Shown piece after piece: positions 1-7,968 of a DNA stretch of 26,497 nucleotides. The DNA comes from Caedibacter taeniospiralis. Its GTDB lineage: Bacteria > Pseudomonadota > Gammaproteobacteria > Francisellales > Francisellaceae. The position numbers and the translations under genes were made by a program. The DNA lies in the NCBI RefSeq assembly GCF_002803295.2, contig NZ_PGGB02000002.1, positions 37,252 to 63,748 of the forward strand. The letters are read 5' to 3'. The stretch's first letter is position 1. Each line of letters begins with the position of its first letter. Under the pieces are notes generated by a model that saw only the letters and a program-made list of their open reading frames with translations, was not told the origin of the DNA and searched no databases.

Positions 1-260
1 GAGTAGACCCGGGTAGCCTTGCGCTGTTGATCAGCAAGCGACGTGCCGAAGGCGCCAGAGCGAAGTCTGTGAAACAGCTTTTACCCAAGGCGTAGAGTAG
101 AATCGGAGGAGTGTTGTCCGTTCGGAATGAGCGTAGCGAATTTGTGAGGACATGCCGAGGAGGCGGACGGCCCGGGCAAAATTTATACCGCCGAGGATAG
201 CCGATTCGATTTTGTGTATGGATATACAAAATTTATCATGAGGCCCGAGGCACCCTACTG

Positions 261-638
261 TTGAGTCTCAAAAAATCGGTCGAACTCAATAAGAAAAAGC
301 TCAGTAAAGCAAAACAGCTGCTGATGGAAATCTGCCTTGATCTTGTTTTTAATATGCGAATGCACCTGATCAGCGTGCACTATCTGGCAGAAACTTATCA
401 AGAAACCATGCAAAGCTTTATGCAAGGCAAGCACGAGATGGTTTTGTTTATTGTCAATGATTTAAAAAACATCATAGCACGTACGCCAATGCAGGCAGTG
501 CATGCGAAAGAAGTAGGAAAAGAGCATGCCATCGCTGATGCCGTAGATGCACAGATTGAGCAAAACTTACAGCAATTCCATGAATTAGCTTATCAAGCTC
601 AAAGCGCGTTAGACACATTCAAAAACTCCTGCCAGTAA
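261..638 (+). CDS. hypothetical protein, predicted alpha-helical, possibly a TTG start
   Basis: 125-aa ORF rich in Lys, Leu, Gln and Ala; no recognised family; TTG start with no clear ribosome-binding site. Confidence 0.4.
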   Translation: MSLKKSVELNKKKLSKAKQLLMEICLDLVFNMRMHLISVHYLAETYQETMQSFMQGKHEMVLFIVNDLKNIIARTPMQAVHAKEVGKEHAIADAVDAQIEQNLQQFHELAYQAQSALDTFKNSCQ

Positions 639-683
639 TTTGCGGACAGTTTTTCACTGACGGTGGGGTCCGTGGTGCACGTC

Positions 684-708
684 GGTGGATGCGCTACACT
701 GATCCACC
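684..708. repeat. short inverted repeat ggtggat-N11-atccacc, resembling small intergenic repeat elements
   Basis: ggtggat at 684-690 and its reverse complement atccacc at 702-708, followed by 'ctacc', in a GC-rich intergenic patch. Confidence 0.5.
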
Positions 709-829
709 CTACCGCAGAAAAATGGGCGAAGCTTACGTCATCACTCAAAGATGTCTGCCGCTAACTCCCTGGAGTTTTTATCCCATCAGCGATATGCTGG
801 GCTTATCCAAAGGCATTTTAAATTGAACC

Positions 830-1693
830 ATGATTAGGCTAAGTCCATTATTACAAGCTTTTTTAAGTGTGGAAAAAAATAAGACCGTGCACGCGGCGGC
901 AGAGACACTTTTTTTAACCCAAACGGCGGTGACACAAAGAATCAAACAGCTTGAGGATAAGCTGGGCGTGTCATTATTTATTCGTTCCAGAAAAGGCATG
1001 CAGTTGAGTGCTGAAGGTCAGATACTATTAAGATACTGCCATGACATGCAAAACCTGGAAAATAGTTATTTGCACAGTTTGAATATGACTGAAAGCAATC
1101 ATATCATTCCGATTAAAATCGTCTCTTCTTCAACCTTAATGAAGACACGGATTGTTGAACCTGCGTCAGCAATTGCCAAGATCTATCCACAATTAAGATT
1201 GCATTTGCAAATCCATGATATTGAAGCACGACACGAGATGCTAAGGATGGGGCAGGTTGATTTGGCGGTTGTCAGCAACAAACACGTTTCAAAGGAAATG
1301 TGTACCAAATCACTTCAGCCTGAGCGCTATGTGCTTATTGTGCCAAAAGAATGGCAGAGTAAATCCATTTTCGAAGTGGTAGCCAATGAAAATATTGTGG
1401 ATTTTGATCCCAGTGACAATATTACTTTTTCATATTTGGCAAAATACTGTTTACTAGAAAATGCACGTAAGGATCGACATTTTATTAACTCACCAGACCA
1501 GCTAGCACAACTTGTTGGTTTGGGTTTGGGATATACGGTAGTGACCAAGCAGTTTTATCAGCAGTATTGTGACCACAAAAGGGTAGTCATATCAAACCCG
1601 CATTGGTTTTATGATCATGAAACATCCTTGTGCTGGTATGATCGCGGCGTCTTGCCTCATTATTTCAAAGCATTGATTGATGCGATTGCATGA
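830..1693 (+). CDS. LysR-family transcriptional regulator (ArgP-like architecture)
   Basis: N-terminal HTH 'LLQAFLSVEKNKTVHAAAETLFLTQTAVTQRIKQLEDKLGVSLFIRSRKGMQLSAEG' is typical of LysR regulators; length 287 aa. Confidence 0.88.
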   Translation: MIRLSPLLQAFLSVEKNKTVHAAAETLFLTQTAVTQRIKQLEDKLGVSLFIRSRKGMQLSAEGQILLRYCHDMQNLENSYLHSLNMTESNHIIPIKIVSSSTLMKTRIVEPASAIAKIYPQLRLHLQIHDIEARHEMLRMGQVDLAVVSNKHVSKEMCTKSLQPERYVLIVPKEWQSKSIFEVVANENIVDFDPSDNITFSYLAKYCLLENARKDRHFINSPDQLAQLVGLGLGYTVVTKQFYQQYCDHKRVVISNPHWFYDHETSLCWYDRGVLPHYFKALIDAIA

Positions 1694-1785
1694 TAATGCC
1701 TTGGCAGCGCTTCTGTGAAATTTAAGACGAGCTTTAAACCGCCGAAAAGACAAAAACAGACTGTCGGGACAGTAATTAGTCGCTC

Positions 1786-2355
1786 CTATTCTGTATCAGA
1801 AAACAAGAGTTGAATGGGAGATTTTTCTAAGCACGATGGATTGCTGTTTTTTCCTCCTTTCTTTAGTGCATACTTCTCAATTCTTTCACCATTACGAGCA
1901 GTACAGCTAACGCTTATTGTATAGTAATCTAGTCTGGAAAATTCCCCTACATCAAAGCTAATATAGGTGTGATTTTCATCCAATATTTTAAATTGGTAAT
2001 TTAAGAATTGTGGCCAACAATTAAGTAACATGCCTGAATGATTCTCTGGAGAGATTTCTGCTTTCAAATTTTGCCCTGATTCGAGTTTGTACTTTGAGGC
2101 TAATTCTTTCTCAATCACTAGACCTGAACAATAAAAATCGATACTACTTTGATTGGTGAGAGTGACTGGAATATCAACACTTGAGCTGTTTTTCTCTGCA
2201 GTTATTCCAACATACGGAGCAAAAAAAATACTCAATATGACTATTCCCCATTTTCCAATTTTCTTATTGAATAAGCGCACATGTTTTAGAAACGTGCTTA
2301 GGTAATAACAAAAGAATGCCCATGCTATAGCAGGTGCCTCACTAACAATATTCAT
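1786..2355 (-). CDS. uncharacterised small secreted or membrane-anchored protein
   Basis: 189-aa ORF with hydrophobic segment 'WGIVILSIFFAPYVGITA' before a Cys-containing region. ATG at 2355 overlaps the stop of the upstream protease gene (ATGA), suggesting translational coupling. An internal GTG start (HVR...) is also possible. Confidence 0.65.
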   Translation of the reverse strand: MNIVSEAPAIAWAFFCYYLSTFLKHVRLFNKKIGKWGIVILSIFFAPYVGITAEKNSSSVDIPVTLTNQSSIDFYCSGLVIEKELASKYKLESGQNLKAEISPENHSGMLLNCWPQFLNYQFKILDENHTYISFDVGEFSRLDYYTISVSCTARNGERIEKYALKKGGKNSNPSCLEKSPIQLLFSDTE

Positions 2356-3968
2356 TTGATGCTCTCCATTTTTTCTGCTTCCAGGGTTATTTCTTCCACT
2401 TTTTGTATCGCGGCAGCGGCATTGACTCTTCCTGTCTCAAGGCAGAGAAGTGGTTGCTCACCACTAAAGTGACACCGCTGTTTGTCATTATCAAAAGGAG
2501 TTGCAGTTTCTTGTAAAATTTTGACTATTTGATCACGTGTCAAATCAGGATTGATTGATAGCATATCGGCAATAATGCCGCTTATCATGGGTGTTGCAAA
2601 TGAAGTACCTGACGTATTTTTATAGGTGAAACTGCCATTGCTATAAAAAGTAGTGTAGAAATTATTTCCATCGCCGCCAGGGGCTGCAATTTCAACGGTA
2701 TCATCAGAGGCTGAGTAGCCTGCAAGATCCCCGTTTTGCCCAAGCGCAGATACGGTAATTACTCCAGAACAAGTCGTTAATGGATTATATTTAGTAGGTA
2801 ATGCTAGATTGCCAGCAGCAACTACAGCAACTGCTTTGGCATCCAAGACAGCTAATGCTGCTTGTTCTAATGATGGGGAGATTACATCACATTCCCAAAG
2901 ATTTTGTTCAGGAACTGGTGAAGTTCCAAAGCTCATATTCAATACTTGTGCGGGGTTAGGGTTGTCAATAGTCGGGTGCATCCCTACTGCCCATAGCATA
3001 CCATCAATGAAATTACTGCTATAAGTAGGAAGGACTTTAACAGGCACAATCATTGCTTTTGGAGCAACGCCAAGTACCCCATTTCCCTGTATTTTTTGCC
3101 CTGCAATAACGCCAATAACCTGAGTTCCATGAATGTTGGGTTGCCCATCATTTAAGTCACTTAAAGCATCAGGGCGTGTTGCATCGTACATAAAGCGATA
3201 ACCGTAAACTCCTGGATGATTACTCAATCGCTGTAGCTGACTCATAAAATCAGGATGTGCTGTATACCCTGAATCAAGTACGGCAACGGTGACTCCTTCG
3301 CCTTCTGCGGCAAATAGTCGCTCATCCTGCTGATTAAAAATATTAGCACCATAACTAATCCCTCTTAGGGGATGCTCATATTTTCCATACATATACCATT
3401 GCATTATATTGGGCGCTGTGACACTGCCACCTCCAACAGGTTCGCTCATTGGGATAAGTTTTGGATTAGCTTCAACGCTAAGAACCCCTTCAAGCTCGCG
3501 CATTTGATTTAGCTGTTTCATGGTTAATTCGGTGCTGGATTCCAGAATATGCGCTCCAGTACTCATAGTTCCTTTATCTGTAAAGTGAATCCCAGAAGCC
3601 TTAAATAACTGATCTAATAGTTCAGTTGAGACAGGAGTATTCATTTGTAATTTTACAGCAGCCATTTGTGCAGCGAGTTTTGACGCTTTGGTCATTTTCC
3701 CTGTATAGGGGTTAACAGCAGTTTCCAAAAGGTGCTTTTGCTCCTCTGTTGGTTTCAACTTGATAATGATGCTATTAATTGGATATGCCTGAGGCAAGTC
3801 AGTGCTGGCAGGAACTTTCTGATGAGGTGCCGATTGGTTATCCATTTTTACTGTTTGTAATTGCGTATTCTCCTTAGCATGCTGTGATGGTATAGCATTG
3901 TCATTTGCATATACATTTCCTATTAAGCAAGCAGTCACCAGCGTTAACGCTTTTGTAATGTGCATCAT
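2352..3968 (-). CDS. S8 family (subtilisin-like) serine peptidase, secreted, with propeptide-like N-terminus
   Basis: Signal-peptide-like N-terminus (MMHITKALTLVTACLIGNVYA) and subtilase triad motifs 'VAVLDSGY' (Asp), 'HGTQVIGVIAG' (His), 'GTSFATPMISG' (Ser). Shine-Dalgarno-like AAGGAG lies just upstream of the ATG. Confidence 0.93.
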   Translation of the reverse strand: MMHITKALTLVTACLIGNVYANDNAIPSQHAKENTQLQTVKMDNQSAPHQKVPASTDLPQAYPINSIIIKLKPTEEQKHLLETAVNPYTGKMTKASKLAAQMAAVKLQMNTPVSTELLDQLFKASGIHFTDKGTMSTGAHILESSTELTMKQLNQMRELEGVLSVEANPKLIPMSEPVGGGSVTAPNIMQWYMYGKYEHPLRGISYGANIFNQQDERLFAAEGEGVTVAVLDSGYTAHPDFMSQLQRLSNHPGVYGYRFMYDATRPDALSDLNDGQPNIHGTQVIGVIAGQKIQGNGVLGVAPKAMIVPVKVLPTYSSNFIDGMLWAVGMHPTIDNPNPAQVLNMSFGTSPVPEQNLWECDVISPSLEQAALAVLDAKAVAVVAAGNLALPTKYNPLTTCSGVITVSALGQNGDLAGYSASDDTVEIAAPGGDGNNFYTTFYSNGSFTYKNTSGTSFATPMISGIIADMLSINPDLTRDQIVKILQETATPFDNDKQRCHFSGEQPLLCLETGRVNAAAAIQKVEEITLEAEKMESIK

Positions 3969-3993
3969 ATGAATTACTCCTTAGACGATAAGA

Positions 3994-5046
3994 CTAGTGA
4001 AAGCTATCCAGGTGTTCATTCAAACTTTCACAATTCATCGGTTGTCCTGTATATAGATACTTTGTTAGCTTCCTGGAAAGTATAAGATCTATTGCGGTCA
4101 TGTCCTGTTCGTTTGTCGTTGCATATACTAAGAAATCGCCATCTGGGTCATTCGCTCTATAAAGCGGCATCTCTTTACCGCTGTCTCTGGATACAAGGCG
4201 CGCAACCAAGGCGGTTTTTAGCGTGCTGCCATCAGTGGTGTAATCTGTTAGATAACCTGCACTCAGACTTGGAGGTATATTCGAGGTCTCGTTTCCTGAA
4301 AGGGTCTGCAAGCCCAAAATCCAGGGGTTATCCCAGGCAGTAATGAAACTATCTACTGTATTTACCCAGTCAGAAACCGCCCATAGACCGCATGACCAAT
4401 CTTTTACAGCACCTTCTTCAAAACCAGCCTCGCACAACGCATCGTGAATTTTATTGACAACGATACTCTTTCCTAAATTCAGTGCTATCTGCGTCAGATT
4501 TTCGCCTGATTGTCCTAAGGTATAATTGAGATAATATTGCCTCACAGGAACCTGAACTTCGCTCCATTTATTTGTAGGCACTGTGCTACAAAATTGATCA
4601 TCATAAACATTAAACTCAAGCACACTTGACCAGGCAAAATTGAGTTTAGATGAAGGCTTTCCAGGATGAAAATCAGCATCACGTCCTCCTGACATGACTG
4701 CAGAGTAATTATTGCCAACTTTTTTGTTGAAAAAACTTGCAGCATCTGTGTTGCCTTTTCTTCCTACTTCCCAAAAGCAGTGGATCGGATTTTGAGCGTT
4801 TCCACTCTCATTGTAGGTGAAACATCCTGGATCCTTAGCATCTTTTCTTTGGTCAGATGGAATGGAGTAATTTGTGGTAGCTTCACCTGCAATACCATAA
4901 GTCACATCTTGAGCATCCATTTGATTGCCGTGATGATCCTTAACTGTAATGTAAAATGATTCGTTATGTGTATAGACTTTAGCGTTGATATTACTGGCAA
5001 ATGCCAATAAACCTAGAAATATGGGGAGTATTTTTTTGTGATTCAT
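3994..5046 (-). CDS. uncharacterised secreted protein
   Basis: 350 aa with signal peptide (MNHKKILPIFLGLLAFASNINA) and multiple Cys; AAGGAAA-type RBS; only about 25 nt upstream of the S8 protease gene on the same strand. Confidence 0.75.
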   Translation of the reverse strand: MNHKKILPIFLGLLAFASNINAKVYTHNESFYITVKDHHGNQMDAQDVTYGIAGEATTNYSIPSDQRKDAKDPGCFTYNESGNAQNPIHCFWEVGRKGNTDAASFFNKKVGNNYSAVMSGGRDADFHPGKPSSKLNFAWSSVLEFNVYDDQFCSTVPTNKWSEVQVPVRQYYLNYTLGQSGENLTQIALNLGKSIVVNKIHDALCEAGFEEGAVKDWSCGLWAVSDWVNTVDSFITAWDNPWILGLQTLSGNETSNIPPSLSAGYLTDYTTDGSTLKTALVARLVSRDSGKEMPLYRANDPDGDFLVYATTNEQDMTAIDLILSRKLTKYLYTGQPMNCESLNEHLDSFH

Positions 5047-5174
5047 TATTAGTTTCCTTCTAGTCTTTGTTGGTTTCCTGATAACCTGATGGCAGTTTCC
5101 ATTAAGCTATGAGCATGAATATAGTTACTTTTTTTAAAATAGTAATGGTTTAGATAAATATTTATTCAAATTAA

Positions 5175-6794
5175 TTACACCCCACCACGTACACACATAA
5201 TGTAAAAATTCCTTGGTGCACTTCCATATGCAGTCTCTACGCTGGTCTTATCAGCATAATGCAAGTCACCATCCCAGGTTCGTACTGTCCAGCCGTAACT
5301 GGAATTTTTTTCGGTATTAGCAAGGGTAGTACTTGTCCAATATTCTCCTTTTATATCATCATTTCCGCCTGAAATATTTTCAAATGGGGTATGTAGATTC
5401 AGCTGATCAGCCTGATTCGTAACTGATAGATCCAGCAAGCTCATCCATTCAAATACATTGGGAGCACGCCAGTCATCCTTATCTGCCAAGGATAAATTGG
5501 CACAAGTTTTTATGGCATCCCGCCAGTTTAATGGGTTGCCTTCATTATTAAGGCTGGGATCTTTTTGCCATATCAATCCCGATAAGGTATCTATAACGGT
5601 CCCATCGTTATTATCATTGAAGCGTGAAGCAATATTCCATTGCAAACCTGTTTGATGCTCGCCATCTTCTCCTGAGCCACTACATGATCTTTCAACACCA
5701 TCTATGCCATAACATAATTTCTGACCAGTTTGCAGTACAGGACTACTGCTGTCAGGTACCGCTTCACCTCTGACACACCAGGTTCTCACCCTGCTGTCAC
5801 TTGCTTTTTCTAACAATCCATAAAGTGTATTACCATCGGTTAATCCTATTGCCCAGGCATAACTCGTATTCGCCATGACTGTTGTGCTACTCCAGTAGCC
5901 TTTGTTAACGTTAGAGAATCCTAAGGCATTTAAAATATCCATTGGTTTTGCGCCATAGTTAATAATACTTTGCAATTCATTGCGATTTGGTAGGCGCCAA
6001 TCACTATATTCACCCTGGTTAAGCTCCATGCAGGTTGTCAGTGCGGTTGTCCAATCCACTGTATTTCCTTCATTATTAACACTAGGGTCTTGCTGCCACA
6101 TAAGTCCTGTTAGGTTATCGCTAACGGTTGTATCATTGTTCACGGTGAATCGTGATGACATATCTAGAGATTGACCTGCTTTGATTTCACCATCTTGTCT
6201 TGGAAAATCTTCCGCTTCAGTACAAAGTATTTCGCCATCCATCCCATAACACTTAGTTTGACCTGTTGCAGAAATAATCCTATTAGAAGGCAGAAAAGTC
6301 ATTGAAATCGGGTATTTAATCACACTGTTGGTCGCGCCATCCAGTGTGGCAACAATTTCTCCAGAGACATTTTTTCCTAAACCTGAAGTATCGGTGATAT
6401 TAAATGCAATATTGCAGCTTTCTCCTGGCTGAAGGACTGCACCTGTTTGAGTCACAGGATCATAACAGTTGGCGTTAGCTCCCACCCCATTTGTGTTGGT
6501 TAGGCTAAACTGAACACCCTCCACCATAGGATAAGTAATGTTATTAACATGAATACTGTTGTAAGTTACAGCACCAACAGGAATAGATGCACCTCGACCC
6601 GAATTACTTATAGTTGCCTCAAAATACCCTGGAATATTTGAAAGAATCGTCATAGGCACATCACGCGCAACCTGTCCTGTAACCTGAGCTGCGATGGGGG
6701 TACTGATATTTTCTTCGCCGCTGCTACCGCCACCGCAGCCTGTAAGAAGTGTTGCTAACATTAGTGCACTTAAGTGTCTTTTAGTGATTTTCAT
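5175..6794 (-). CDS. lipoprotein with two tandem Lcl C-terminal/DUF1566-like domains
   Basis: Lipobox-like 'LATLLTGC' after a basic N-terminus. Two copies of 'GL[MI]WQ[QK]DPS[VL]NNEGN...W..A...C..L......DWR.PN..E..S' typical of DUF1566-like domains. Confidence 0.85.
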   Translation of the reverse strand: MKITKRHLSALMLATLLTGCGGGSSGEENISTPIAAQVTGQVARDVPMTILSNIPGYFEATISNSGRGASIPVGAVTYNSIHVNNITYPMVEGVQFSLTNTNGVGANANCYDPVTQTGAVLQPGESCNIAFNITDTSGLGKNVSGEIVATLDGATNSVIKYPISMTFLPSNRIISATGQTKCYGMDGEILCTEAEDFPRQDGEIKAGQSLDMSSRFTVNNDTTVSDNLTGLMWQQDPSVNNEGNTVDWTTALTTCMELNQGEYSDWRLPNRNELQSIINYGAKPMDILNALGFSNVNKGYWSSTTVMANTSYAWAIGLTDGNTLYGLLEKASDSRVRTWCVRGEAVPDSSSPVLQTGQKLCYGIDGVERSCSGSGEDGEHQTGLQWNIASRFNDNNDGTVIDTLSGLIWQKDPSLNNEGNPLNWRDAIKTCANLSLADKDDWRAPNVFEWMSLLDLSVTNQADQLNLHTPFENISGGNDDIKGEYWTSTTLANTEKNSSYGWTVRTWDGDLHYADKTSVETAYGSAPRNFYIMCVRGGV

Positions 6795-6964
6795 TCTATT
6801 TTCCTTATGGTTTCTAGTGTTTTTAATATCAAGTGTGATTTATACTTACACCAAAGAAGGTTGGATAACGACCTTATCGATTTGGTGAGTGTATTTTATG
6901 ACCAGAAAATAGAATTGAAGAGTGGGGAAGTTTGTGAAACAAAAGGAATTTTTCCCAGGGGGAG
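6795..6964 (-). repeat. duplicated upstream leader/5'UTR, copy 1
   Basis: Aligns without gaps to 13885-14054 (constant offset 7090); about 150 of 170 positions identical by hand count. Ends exactly at the start codon of a lipoprotein gene. Confidence 0.85.
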
Positions 6965-7223
6965 TTTGTGTTGTTTAGCCGAAAATTCGGCAACAGCTTT
7001 TATTTAAGGTTTTAAAGAAGGCTCTTTTGGTGTTTCAGGGAGGTATAAAAAAAGTGATGACGGTGTTGTTTAATTCCCATAAATATTGTAGTTTTATGAC
7101 AATTAATGCAAACCTGGTACAGCTCAGGTAAAGGGATAACGAAGTGATTAAGACTCAAGATTTGCTGGATGAACAGCAATGTTATTATGATGGTTATAGT
7201 GGATACACAACAATAATGAAAAT

Positions 7224-7579
7224 TTAGTGTTGGGTTTTACTTTTTAACTCTTTTTTCAATTTCAATACAGCACCACGATCAAGACCTGTACATTCAACCA
7301 CCAAATCATCACTGAGTCCTTTGGTAAGCATGGCTTTAGCTGTATGCTCTTTTTCTAAAAAGCGACCTTGCTGTATACCTTTTTGTACTCCTTGCTGTTC
7401 CCATTTCTCCGCTACCGTCATAACATCACCTTTCAAATTTGGTTTACTGTGGATGATTCTATCATAAAATTCTTCTGTTTCCATATCCGTTCGCCCGGCA
7501 GATACGTCATTAAAAAGCAAACGGCGAAGTCTCTATTGCTAATTAAATCCTTGAAAACGTGATCATGTTTATTTGTCAT
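7224..7579 (-). pseudogene. Rpn/YhgA-like PD-(D/E)XK nuclease-type gene remnant (internal deletion plus frameshift)
   Basis: Minus strand from 7579 encodes 'MTNKHDHVFKDLISNRDFAVCFLMTYLP', an Rpn-like N-terminus. A different frame then gives the C-terminal part 'ETEEFYDRIIHSKPNLKGDVMTVAEKWEQQGVQKGIQQGRFLEKEHTAKAMLTKGLSDDLVVECTGLD'. The central nuclease core is missing. Confidence 0.65.
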
Positions 7580-7807
7580 TTATTACCTTAAGAAAAGCAT
7601 TAACCCCTTTTCCCCTACTGGAATCATCAAAACTTTTGAAAATAAATCCGATATTCTCCAGCGGTTACGTAACTGAAGTTACGTAAGGTACCACAAACCT
7701 GGCATCAGCTACAATACACGCTTTTGTCTTTTGGGCGATGACCATATTTCCACCTGCTCTAATGGTGCTAAGCCCCCATGCGCTTTGAAAAACACCCTAC
7801 CTCGCAA

Positions 7808-7851
7808 GCCCCTTGAAAAGAGGGGAATAAGCGGCAGGTGGGCGGGAAGAT
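7808..7851 (-). repeat. dispersed intergenic repeat, copy 1
   Basis: Reverse complement 'ccatcttcccgcccacctgccgcttattcccctcttttcaagggg' closely matches 26431-26477 'ccatcttcctgcccacttgcattaaattcccctctttccaagagggg'. Confidence 0.6.
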
Positions 7852-7968
7852 GGAAGATGATCGGTGCCGTCTTTATGTAAGCAGAAGACCTGCAGGCGGA
7901 TACATTCCAAACTTGTGAGTTTAGAATGCGGCTGGGAGGAAGCTTAGCTTGAAACAAAGTATAAAATA

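Noticed and set aside
2809-3024. 71-aa plus-strand ORF inside the S8 protease
   Set aside because: Antisense to a strongly supported coding region; low-complexity N-terminus typical of shadow ORFs.
6694-7007. Plus-strand ORFs 6694-6888 and 6774-7007, and the matching 13757-13978 ORF
   Set aside because: They are antisense to lipoprotein signal peptides and the duplicated leader. Their similarity to each other simply reflects the duplicated DNA.
7709-7957. 82-aa minus-strand ORF 'MFQAKLPPSRILNSQVWNVS...'
   Set aside because: Spans the dispersed intergenic repeat and appears to be a fortuitous reading of repeat DNA.
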